Assembly: GCA_040954595.2 (NCBI GenBank)
Contig: CM082591.2
Coordinates: 2,565,258-2,629,257, forward strand
DNA: 64,000 bases
Reading direction: 5' to 3'
Source of the DNA: Balanoglossus misakiensis
Lineage: Eukaryota > Animalia > Hemichordata
Shown here: positions 52,301 through 64,000 of the stretch, one piece after another
How the letters are laid out: the number at the start of each line of letters is the position of its first letter
Position numbering within the stretch: the stretch's first letter is position 1
Notes under the pieces: model-generated
Databases searched by the model: none
What the model was told of the DNA's origin: nothing
What the model saw: the letters and a program-made list of their open reading frames with translations, nothing else
Made by a program: the position numbers and the translations under genes

Positions 52301-54275
52301 TCTGTGCCGGAAGAATGATGATGATGATGAACTTCCGACTTTGAAATCGGCGTTAGAGGCGCAGAGATTGAAGGCAAGCTGATAACATTGAGCAGTGGAT
52401 CAACACTGCTTGTCTCGTCCACCACTGATCGATTTGAGTTATGAGTGCTTGTTAATGTAGCATTGCTGTCTGTGACATTGTGCAGTGGTGTTATAGCAGT
52501 GCTGTGCTCCCATGTTAAAGCACGTGTGGACATGCTGTCTGTGGCTATGTGCTCCCATGTTAAGGCTGGTGTAGTGTCACTGTCTGTGGTTATATCAGAC
52601 AGATTCAATTCTGAAAAAATTCAAGGAAATCAAAATAAAACTGGCCATATGTAAAAATAATTTCCATTGCTGTTATTGTGTTAGATAAAATGTTACCTGA
52701 ATGAGAAATCACATGGAAATATTATGTTTATCAAATTCAATATGTAAATTGCAGTGCATGAATAACAATATATCTTTTGTAATTATTAAACTGCAAGGTG
52801 CATACATAAAACACATCATCAACTGTTGAAGTCTTGAGTAAGAATTAAGAGCTTGGGAAGCAAGTGTCCACTAATGCATATATACATCAAGCACACATAC
52901 ATGCACTGTACAGACTTGTGTGAATGAAACTTTAACCTATACACCCCCTTCTCTTGGATTCTGATCCACGGAGACAATAATCCATACAACATTCATTTGT
53001 CTGTTACAGACACTGGATATACAGTACTTTCATATGCAGAAATTCCCTTGGGCTGATATGGTTCGCAGGATGTACACAGCATGATGATATGCGATTAGAT
53101 ATTGTGATCATTATTTGAATTAAAAGCTTTTAAAGTTATTGCTTTGTATGATGCAAAGAGGAGGTCATCTGATGTAATATACGTCTGTCTTATAATGGTT
53201 GTCAGGATACATGTCGTGCATAGATACTAGAGGAGTCAGTCAGATGTAGATACTAATATCCGGTCTGTGTTAACTTGATACGGTTGAACTCACAAGACAC
53301 CGGGCATGATTATCCCATCATGTTGGAGAGGGTATTTTTTCTGTCACAGCATGACAGAAATAATAATCATTTTGGGAAGTGGTTCGGAGTGGTTCCGTGA
53401 GAGATGGAAATGCCACATATTGCCCTGTCAAATGTAGTGCATCATTTTTGTTATTTTCACATGTACTTTATTTTGTTTTAATTCTAGACCAAGATGACAT
53501 AATTTCAAGTAGAGTATTGTGAAGCTGCAAACTCAGGATCTGTACAGTATGCCCGTGTGATTCAAATGCAACATTTTTGTGGGAGCTTTTCTGGTGAGTT
53601 TCCAGCAGGTAAGGTCAAAAATGCCTATTTCAAAATGTAATAAAATATTACATTAATAAAATTGCCAAAATCGGATAAGACTAGTATAGTACACTATAAA
53701 GTGAAAAAGTGTGATTCCCTAAATGTTTTGCGCCCATAAATCCCTCCTAAAATCATTTTATTAAAAAAACTATTTGGATTCTGTAATCAACTACATAAAA
53801 CAGTAGTAGATTGCGCGGTCATAAATGAACGGGAAAAGTTTACAAAGTTCTTCCAAGAAAAAAAAAGTTTGGGAAGAAAGGTCAGCTATATTTACCATAT
53901 ATGGCGCGTGCATTTGCATGGTTTCAATTCATTTGCATTGTAAATAGAAATTGACGTGGCTTTCGTAGAAGCAATATTTAAAACAATATAAATGCATATG
54001 CATATTATTTAAAAGGTCAAGGGGATTTTCCGACCCCAAGGAACTTGACGTTTGTCCAACCGCCGGTGAAGCACAATTTTTAAATCACATATCACGTTGT
54101 GATATCGACACAAATCTTTCCAATACTTACCGTCTGTCACTTGCACGGTTGAATATAGTTGACTAGGCGGTGGTTGCACTGTCTGGGATTTTAATCCCGG
54201 AATCTGGAAACACATCGCGAGGAAAAGGGTTGGTACGAGCCCTAGCACCCAAACTTGGCGTCCATCCGTTGCCAT
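46385..54275 (-). CDS. KIAA1549L: UPF0606 family (KIAA1549/KIAA1549L pro-orthologue) type I membrane protein, about 1207 aa, 13 exons
   Basis: Minus-strand exons 54275-54131 (signal peptide; alternative ATG 54284), 52610-51207 (Ser/Thr/Pro mucin-like), 51031-50814, 50469-50289, 50037-49841 (TM), 49607-49441, 49131-48969, 48870-48785, 48646-48589, 48322-48164, 47777-47755, 47567-47435, 47074-46385 total 3624 nt in frame. RRKKRATSHGSYTVQ and NLWIIAAVLVP resemble vertebrate KIAA1549-family motifs as recalled. The cytoplasmic exons rest only on splice-site and frame consistency. Confidence 0.8.
47596..47683 (+). mobile_element. About 88 bp piggyBac-like MITE copy in a KIAA1549L-like intron
   Basis: TTAA-ccgtttca ... 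tgaaaggg-TTAA: imperfect terminal inverted repeats with TTAA at both ends; the interior is shared with two other copies. Confidence 0.7.
49250..49400. repeat. Degenerate repeat fragment with internal (ata)gacaggtggcc units, probably MITE-derived
   Basis: Recurring atagtggcc / atagacaggtggcc / ggacaggtc / aagtggccact / agaggtggccact units inside an intron. Confidence 0.4.
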
Positions 54276-54799
54276 AACGTGCATGACAACTGTAAACTAA
54301 CACCCGGTAACGACTATCGTTTCACGATCGCTGCCTCTAGTAAAAACATGGTGATCTCTGTCGAATCTCGGCGATTTCTGTCTTCATATTGGTTCTGGGT
54401 GATCTCTACATGTTGTATTATCTATTCGATCTTGCAACAATACAGTGAGAGAAGGCACAATCTCGTTAAAATAAACGTAAACAATCGAGTACGATATTTC
54501 TAACCGATCACCTATGGAACATACCCAGCTATTTGACCTGTTGATTGATATTTAAATTTCTCGTTCCTTATTTGGGTATATGGTGCATTGCGTGTAGGGA
54601 ACGCCCTTTAAACGCGCAATGGACATAATCTGTCTTTCGTTTATTATTTTCGAAGTACAATCAAATGAGATACAAAAAATGTCAGACTCAATATGTTGAA
54701 ATGGTTCTTACACGCACTTTGTGGGATTTTTGAATTCACATAGTAATAAAACTGACGTGTTAATACAATGCCTTCCCTTTTATGTAATAGTTTCTTCCA

Positions 54800-54963
54800 G
54801 AGGGGAGGAGTCTGGGAGACATTCTCAAACATGGCGGTCTGTATCCACGCGTACTAGAGTTGACATTGGAGGTTCCCCCAGTCTACGATAGTTTTGGCCG
54901 AGTTTCCGGTGTTGTAAGGATTTGGGATTAACGAGTGTGGACAGAGCACTGAGGTCTTACTTG
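54800..54963 (+). other. Probable non-coding first exon of an unidentified gene divergent from the KIAA1549L-like gene, with an 8-codon uORF
   Basis: AAACATGGCGG (YY1/Kozak-like) at 54827-54837 opens MAVCIHAY* (54831-54857). A consensus donor ttg|GTAAGT at 54963 is followed by about 9 kb of AT-rich, CpG-poor intron-like DNA. The exon start is approximate. Confidence 0.4.
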
Positions 54964-57900
54964 GTAAGTGTCTTGGACTTTTAAAATGTTTTCTTTATAT
55001 GAAAAAGCGTGGTATTTTGCCAACGTTTCCACCTTGAAATGGACATTCTGTGCGTGTGTGTACGTACTGAAATGGACATATTCATCGGACCGCAGTAAAC
55101 AATGGGATTCATTCATAAGTGTGACCCTCACGCGAGCATTTGTCGATTTCCCGTTTGTTTTGGACCGGTCGCATTTATGGACAGAATACCCTGCGAAAAC
55201 GTGATATGTGTTTTCAGAAAGGGGGTGTTTCCAGTAGTAATTTTCGCGGAACAACTTTTGGTTTCGAGTGGAACCATACAGGCTACAGGCTTCAAATGGA
55301 CTTCTTCTGATAGCATAGCATGTACTCAACTTCTTTTGTTAGGGCGGTGTTCATAACTGAGTGAGTGTGAATGCGAGGCAGGTGCATGTATGATTACATT
55401 TGTAGCGATCCCTGAAAAATGTGAGGAAAACCTCCACGGTGTACATACTTAAAAAAAATTATATATGAACAAATCTTCGTACAGTATATAATATCCAGAC
55501 TAGTACAAAAAGCAGCATACCTTTTCAATTGAATAAAAGAAGTTTTTCTCGCCATTGTAGAATCTTGTATAATTAAATGGGTGTGAAGTTGGCAATTATC
55601 TAAGCACAAAAGAATTCTGTGCTTTGTTTCATAGATTTCATTAACAAAAGGTGTGCTGTGGCTTGTAGCAAGACCATTGCAGTGGGGTTATATATAGAGA
55701 TATTTACTCTGTTACATTTTTGGGTGAACCTCTTCTGAAGTGTTTGACAATTGAATGTTGTGCATGTGGACTGATGTTAATAGTCTACAAACCTGTTTGT
55801 AGAACATGAAAAAAAGCCAAGATTCTAGACTAATGGACTGTGTACTTTGATCTGTTGAATTAAAACTGCAAACAAATGTTCTAACCATCTGGTCGTGCCT
55901 AATCTGATAGGTGACTAAACTATTGAGGCCCTTTTGGGGTAAAAATCGCAAAGACCAAACAGAAACTTCCTGTGGATTTTCACAGGAGCGAAAGAAACAA
56001 ACACGACATCCGTTTACTATTCTAAAGTAGGAAAAAACAAAGGAAACAGTGTAGCGATACTGTGAAGAAACAGTATTTGAGAGGAACTTCAAAAGACATC
56101 ATATGTGTGTTACTTACAATACAATGACTCAAAATGAAAACAGTCTCTGAGTCAGTGGTCTTTGGCCTTGACTAACATATATGAGCACGAGATGGCTAAG
56201 TACGTCCATGGTCATTATATATAAACGATGACCCATTGAAGAAAATTGAGATGCTTTTGATGTAAACCAGTGTAATACACCAAAACAAATATTACTCATC
56301 TTGTCGCAAATCTTTGAAAAGTACAAAAATAAATTGCTTAAAATGTTCCAGTGCTAAGTGGCTGTACATGTAGGTAAAGTATGTTTTTAGGGCACTGTAC
56401 AATCCCCCTATAATTATCAAACAAAAGCTCCCAAAGTAATTTATTGCTTTTTGCTGTTAAGCAGGTTACAATAATATAAATATACCATTTTAAAACTGAT
56501 ATATTGTCCTTGTTACAAAAATAGTAAATGCAAAAGCCTGTACTGATAAAGTTCAAACCATATGTGATACTGTTTTTAGTTAGATAGATAGTTTCCAATA
56601 ACCCAATGTGTTCCAGTACAGTATCAGATAGCCAACTGCTACAGATAAAACACAAAAGAAGAAGGAACTAAAGTGGGCAAAAATACTTAAGTTTGTTGAC
56701 GAGCTAGAATACATAGAAAAGACTGACTTATGAGTTGGTGAATTTGAGTTAAAACTCGTGGGATTCTTTATATGACTGGGGTTGAATCAGACGAAGTGAA
56801 TGATACAATGTTGAGCTTTGTCGAGAAGAAGTTTAGGATGATTAAGAGACCCATTGCAGAAAGCGACTGGCTGTAAATGTTTTTCAAGTACATTTATTTC
56901 CTTGTATTTAGTATAGCCTAGCATTGAAGATAGTGAGATAGCCCTTTTTATAAGGTACCAACCTGCGGTACTGGTTATGAGGGAAAAGGTTAATATTTAA
57001 TAGTGTCTGTACCACAAATATGTGCTTTAAAGATACTTGGAGTGAAGAGGGTGATGGACACAAACATTGTACTAAGGCTATGCTATCATAAAAGCTCATT
57101 TGCATGGGGCTCAGGGAGGTATTGAATCCGTGCTGTGTCCATGTTTGGATCCTTCATTGCACTCGGCCTACTTCACTTTTATGTGGACACGTGCAAATCA
57201 TCCAACAGCCTTTGTATAGCATTGCTGAAAACAGATCACATGCAGGGCCCCCCAACCGAGGCCATTTATGAATTCAACTGTCATTTGCAAGTGACTTCCA
57301 ATTAATCAAGATCGAAGCATTCAATGGTGGTGACGGTATGATGTGAAATTGTCTGTATAACGCCTGGATATCATTTATCTAAGAAAAACTTCCAAGCTGA
57401 GCCAACAAAGCCATTGGGCGACCTTGGAAGACTGTTTAGCAAATGCAAATTGCATCAGGAACCAGACATTGTTGTGAACATTTAAAGAAGTTTCACCGGA
57501 AATCAGTGTAAAGACCTATTTGGCTTTCTTGTATACCAGAAATAGGCTACTTGACTAAAATAAATAGGCAGCTGTTCACTTCTTGTGCAAATTTTTCCAA
57601 GGTACCCAAATGTATGTGTGTTGTTTGGCAAACCTTATAAAAGTGCCAAAGCATGAACAAAGGCAAAATATCTTCCTTCAGGATTCAACTCAAAGGGATA
57701 ATCCCATCTCAATGAATGGCTGAAGGTTTTCAACTGGAATGTTTCATATATCCCAGAATGATTGTTGTATAAACAACTTATGTCAGATATTTTTAGCTTC
57801 ATTACTGTCATTTGTAAGATCTCTGTTTTGTGTGAAAGTTGGCATTACACTGTAGGGGTCATGAAAGCGGCCAATATTGGGTGTGGATTCATGCCATATG

Positions 57901-60900
57901 GGAATGTATCAAATAAACATGTTATACCAGTGGTGCCAAAACTGCCCAGGTTAAGTAGATTAAGGTTGAGTTACTAGTTTAATATTACAGGTTTGTTTGA
58001 AGACATGGTTTCATGGGAAAGGGTCATAGGGTCAAAGGTCACAGTTAAGAAACAGCGTTCCCATAACCTGTATACATGGTTATGACACCCTTCAAAAGTA
58101 TTTGTGTATGTATAGGGGAACTTTTGTCTTGTATATGTAGTGTCCATTGTTTTTCCTGATAGCTGTAACCCAGCAGGGTAGTATTACTAAGTGAATGCTC
58201 CAGTCCTGTTACATTACAGTAAATAGACCACATAAATCCTGAATGAGGCACAACTTTTAGCCCCAAGGCACCACCCTGGGATTATCAACAAACTGTTTGT
58301 GTCAAAGAAACCGGTGAAATGTACCAGAAATACAATACCAGTTCCCAGACCAGACATTGCAAATGGTCTTTCTGTATAGTATACATGAGTTGTGTGTCAA
58401 AGGTCGGGTGTCTAATAGCTTTGCTTTGTTTATAGGGTAATGTGCTTGCCATAGCTTTGTGTGGTCTTTGTTCATTTCGGGATGTATTAAAGACGAAGAG
58501 ATAAAGCATGTGCAGAATTATACATGTAGCTACATGTACATGTATGGTTGCTGTGTGTTTTAATACTATTTTGATGGGTGATCACACTTTTAATCCACCA
58601 AAAGCTGTCCGTCAAAAATTCTGATTCACTTGTATAATCCTGTATTAATTAAATTATTTGTATCAGATATATATAACACAAATTCCTGAACCAGACTTTG
58701 CATTGTATACTGAATTAATAAAATATATCAGAAGATTTGCAGAGAGAATAAGCTGGATAAACCCATGCTTTCCTTCAGCTGCTGACAGCTTGTGAGTTGA
58801 ATTAACCATGAATTAAAAGTAGGGTGGAAGTGAAATTATCAAAATGGGGTTTAAAAATACATCTGTCTGTGTTTTGTATCACTTTCCCCTGAAGGATCCC
58901 TCTAGACATTGAGAAGATTGAATCAAATAGTTTCAACTTTATACCAGACAGGTTTATTATATGCCATGATATCTCAATTCCCCACAATCCAACAGTAGAG
59001 GGCGTTATCCAAGGCGAGATCTCCCCTTCAGTGCAGTGTACATGTATTGTTGGAGAGCTAAGACAGCTGTGGTTTAAGCCATAAACTTTTTCAAGGCTGT
59101 TCTGTCACCCTGATTGAAATTCATTTATCATGTGATGTTTTTTTTCCCTCACTCAGATACATGTTTATGTCATGAAGAGGTCAGGCTTCTGCATATATAT
59201 ATATAGGAATGTAAACATGTCTCATCTTTCTGTAGTTATAATTAAGTACAAATATACACACATAAAATACTGATAAAGTGATTAGTTTACTTGGAGGACA
59301 TGTCAAGGCAGGTATGGCACGAGAAAATTATAATCGTAGTGTATGCATAACAGACTTTGTTATAATCGTCTGGGCTAAAGTTTCTGCTCTGGCTTATACA
59401 CAGACACATGTATATTTATGCGCTACATGTACATTAAAAAATCCTGTGTATGTTGACTTGTGAAACCCTTGACATTCCAACATACAGTACATAATTGTAC
59501 ATGTACCTTCAGAAGTTGAAATAAAGAATGAGAGCTTATGCATTGAACAAAGATCTTTAAAAACACGGAAAAAAAGTTACAGGTACAATTATACATCTGG
59601 TTTATCTGAGATGGCAGGGAGCCAGTGAATGATTGCTTCAATTGTTTGAGAACCCATAGAGTGACATATAATCACCTATAAAGCCCTACAGGCTACAGTT
59701 CATTGCAACCTTGTATAGGACATTGGTAACCTAACATTGCATGTAACACGTCCGTGCCCTTCACAAGTTGACCTACTGGTCAAGGCTATGAAGAACATGT
59801 ACTATGGTTTTATGGTACATATACCAGTTGACAATCACGGAAGAGTTCACGGCCAAATTATTTTTCATAATCTGAATCATCCTTTCAATTATAATAAAGT
59901 TGCAGGGGTGTTCTTTTGAGTTTCATGCTTGCTATGTTACTTGCTGAGAAAAGCGTTCACATAGATCGAATAAAAAATATAATATAGTCACTAATTGGCG
60001 CAACATTTTGCAGTTCAACCATATCTTTGGGTAATCTGCTTCATTTAATTACATGTATCAGTGAATTATTATATTATGGAGAGAGACTCAGACCTGGCTA
60101 TACTAGGTCAAGTAAAGGCCAATTTTCCAGAGAGGTAGCGTTGGAGGAAAACTTGACAAAATTAAGTATTTTTGTCAGACACCAAACTTTTGATGTCCCT
60201 GCTTTTGTAAAGACAGAGAGCATCGGTAAATGAAAGGGGAAACCCCTGTAGTAGCCCCTGTCCTTTTGTCTGATTGATTTACTATACCAAGGAGGAAGTC
60301 TGGTAGTTGGGTAACAAATTATCATGGTGTATGTACCACATACTAGTATGTTCTCTTCCCAGATTAAAAAAGTTTAGGTATGAATCAATCAAAGATACCG
60401 GTAACTGCAAAAAAAGATAGACTTTATCTTTGCGATATGATGGTCCAGTTAGAAAAAGGGAAGTGGAATTAGTACTCTTAAAAATTGAGCATAAAAGTAT
60501 TAATACTTCTAAGTTCTTTATATAAATTTGGTTTGTAGAACGTGTATGACGGAAGAATAAAACATTTCCATCAATCTTGCCTTGGGTAAGATATCTGTAA
60601 TGAATATTAAAAATTACCATAGTGTCAAGGCTATATTGCACAATACACGAAACCTCCCATGATTCAATCTGTTAAAAGTACATACAGAGATCAAGACTCG
60701 AAGTGTTGCAAGAATGGCAGATTTATTTTCTTGTCAATATTTTTCTTTGAATACCGTATTCTACATGTAATGTTTTGAATAATAATCACTGGCTCTTTAT
60801 AAACAGAGGCCAGATAAACATTGACATTTAGGGAATGCTTTGACCATACATTTTTGACCTACACACAGAGGTCTATGTAAGACAAGTAGAAATAATTATA

Positions 60901-63834
60901 TTTCTTTGCCTACACAGTAGCACATGGCGTTTGGTCAACTAACAGTGTGCCCCATAACTTCCTTAATATAATGGAATTTGGTGTTTATCACACAATAATG
61001 TTCAGTCGTGTGACACTCAATATGATCATTTGAGAAATTACGCAAACACAAAAAGTGTTTATAAACGCAGTTTATGGTTACAGATACACAGGTGACTTTA
61101 ATCTTTTGCCATGTGTTTGTTATCTCAGTATAAAATACCTAAAGCCATGATTTATGTGACAGATGCATTTGACAAGAGTTGTGTATAAATATGGTAAACA
61201 GCTATCTATATACATGTAAACACATTTTGCAAAATTATAGCTTTATCTCTTAATTCAGTTTTATGCATAACATACTCACGTGCCATGTTTTTCAATGGTT
61301 GGAAGAATTGATCATGTTTTATGAGTGTGTCACGTTTTTTCACAGCAGTGGATTTTGAAATTGAAATGCTACTAGTAGTTCAGTTTCTTCTGGGCCATAA
61401 ATCATGGATGGGGATAGTAATTCATTTAGTCTGAGACTAAAAATATTCATGAAAACCGCCCATTTTGGTTGTGTCAGAGCTACATAATGATTGCGTCAAT
61501 GATTGATGTAGAATGTATATGCACCCGGGCTTGTACATTGTATACAGATATACTACATGTATTTTTTTATTATCAAATTTTTGAGTCCTGGTCCTTGTAT
61601 GGGTTCAGACTACAATTGAAAACACTTTTCCAAATCTACCAGCACATATATTCTCGGAGAACCATTAACCATATGTCTCAGGGATTTTCACTACCAGTAA
61701 TTTGTCAAATTGTTTGTTTCACACATCAGTGGTCCGTCGATTTAATTGTTAACCATTGTTGTGGTTTCAATATATGATGATTTTTCAAATACTTGACAGA
61801 ACATGTACTGATGCAGCCATTCATTTTGCCTGGAAACAATAATATTATGATAATTTGCTTCAATTGTCCAAAATGTTAATAAACTTTATTAAAAGAAAAA
61901 AATTAAAAAACCCAGGCAGGTACAGTTGTAACAAAGAAAGGTTACTTGTCGCTAAAGATATAAATATATCAATGTTTTGTGTAGCCTTGTATTCATGCCG
62001 ATCATAAATTTCATGTCAGTAAACATGTTTGGACAGGTTGTGAACTTTGTGTCACACAGAGCAAAGACTGAGTTGCCTCTAGTCAAAAACAATCCACCAG
62101 CAATTGTACACAATACCGCATACCATCATTCACTTGCGAAACCAAACCACCTTCTGATTGAGTCTCGCGGATTTCCAGAAGGACGTCTTATCATGCTCAG
62201 GGTCGCCTGGCAACCTGTGAGACATATTGTACGTGAGAAGTCTTGCATTAATTCCACCTTGAAGAAAGTTAAACCGATCTAGAAGGAGCGACGGCCTTCC
62301 TCCAGGTAAGGCGTGTCCTTGAAAGAAATCCGAGATTAAATAACAAAATCTGAAAATTTACAACCGTAATGATAATTAAATCCTTTTTCCTTGGGCATGC
62401 TAAATTAATCATGCTTATGTTATACATGGAAGTACATCGTATATCACACGCTCGTGCAGTTACATGTACAGTTCTTGATGACAGTAATTCACTCATTTTT
62501 TGGCACTTGACCGAAGGTTTGTGTATTTGAAGTTAGGTAAGGAGACAAGTCCGGTAGTCTACTGTTAAAAGTATATATTATAAGTTACATTTTGTGTGTG
62601 TGATGAGGAAAAAAAGATTTGATATATAATGTTTTACTAATGGGACTCAAACCTATTGGGTGTACATGCATGTATATAGTGGTATGTCATTGTTTGGTTT
62701 GTATACATTGTTCTTCTGTGAGGAACTTGGCCTTCTGAATACCAATAGAACTTGTGGTATGTACATACAAAGAATTCACCTTGCCCGTTATGATTAAACA
62801 GGATTACCGCACATGGGCCATGCTTATTTGCATGTTTAGGGGCATTGTATGTTAATGGTTATAGCTCTTTTCTGAAACTGTAGGGCGATAAACTTGGATT
62901 ACAGATGGTGTTGGTGCAATATATCTGGCCATGCGTTCGGTTCTGTTTTCTATCACTTGTCAGGTCTTGTATTTATAACAATTAACTAGGCCTAACCATC
63001 CTTTTATTCTGGGCAATGATTCGTGTACAGAAAGTAGAAAATAAAACACCAGAGATCTCTCATTTTGGCTTGTATTTTAGACACATTCATAGAGAAATGT
63101 TTATTCAAGACAACACCTTGTAAATATTGCAAGAGTCTGGAATGTAAACATTCTTGTAGAGGACGTATTATTATGCGTGCATGTGATATGTTAGTATTTA
63201 AAATTCTTGCTTGATGATGTAACCCTCTTTTAAATAAGTCCTCGAGGCCTGATTGATTTAACCATGAAAGTTGTTCTAATGTTTTAATTGTATCAGATGA
63301 GAATACTTTGCTGAACAAGCCAGTGGGTGATCCAAATGGTATTGTCGGGTGTTTGAAAACTTTATCCAGCCTTTCAAGAGCTACGGCGAATCACAATAGA
63401 ATCTGATACCTTAGAGCTGGATATGTTGTGCCTTGGCAGATATACGCGAGACACAGTTTGCATTGACACTTACACGTGTATACATTGCAGGGTTGTGATA
63501 GGTTAGAGGTCTCGGCATTTCTGACCGTGCGTTGATACGAACAGGAACAGCGGGTTTCCCATCGCAACTTTTCAGTTTCTGCAGTAACTGCAGTGTAAAG
63601 TTTGCCGAAGTTTTGAGTCGCAGTGCCTTGGGTCGTCCAATTTTCTTGTGGCAAGAGTTGTCATCTGGATAGGGTGTAGTGGATTTTTGCACACAACACC
63701 CTCACTTCCGTGTGGAGCCATTGTTTGCCAAGCGCTAAACCGGTGCAAGGTCTGTCCAGCCAAAAGCTTCTCAAAGGTGATTATCCCATGTACATGTGTC
63801 GATGCAGCTGCAATAGATTGGAAGACCAAAAAAC

Positions 63835-64000
63835 ATGTATGTATGTATGTATGTATGTATGTATGTATGTATGTATGTATGTATGTATGTATGTATGTAT
63901 GTATGTATGTATGTATGTATGTATGTATGTATGTATGTATGTATGTATGTATGTATTACATACATGTATGTATGTATTACATACATGTATGTATGTATGT
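63835..64000. repeat. (ATGT)n microsatellite running off the window end
   Basis: Long ATGT array with a degenerate tail. Confidence 0.97.

Noticed and set aside
51272-52654. Plus-strand Val/Gly/Met-rich ORFs
   Set aside because: Antisense shadows of the Ser/Thr/Pro-rich exon of the KIAA1549L-like gene.

Overview
Eukaryotic, intron-rich animal genomic DNA from a non-vertebrate bilaterian. Gene sequences and synteny fit an invertebrate deuterostome, possibly a hemichordate; the species cannot be proven from this window. Most six-frame ORFs are spurious, so genes were rebuilt by reading GT-AG exons by hand. Gene order: 3' half of Pax6 (+, homeodomain and PST exons); complete 10-exon ELP4 (-, tail-to-tail with Pax6); IMMP1L (+, head-to-head with ELP4); a PAOX-like flavin polyamine oxidase (+); three intronless cytosolic PAPS-dependent sulfotransferases (+,-,-); three 15-exon signal-peptide arylsulfatases of the ARSB/I/J family (+,-,+); a 13-exon KIAA1549/KIAA1549L (UPF0606) membrane protein gene (-); and a probable non-coding first exon and long intron of a divergent, unidentified gene. 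PAX6-ELP4-IMMP1L and KIAA1549L reproduce the human 11p13 linkage in very compact form. The main candidate for an undescribed system is the ~19 kb sulfotransferase plus sulfatase cluster lying inside this block, which pairs sulfate-adding and sulfate-removing enzymes; its function is a hypothesis only. No rRNA, tRNA or CRISPR features were seen.
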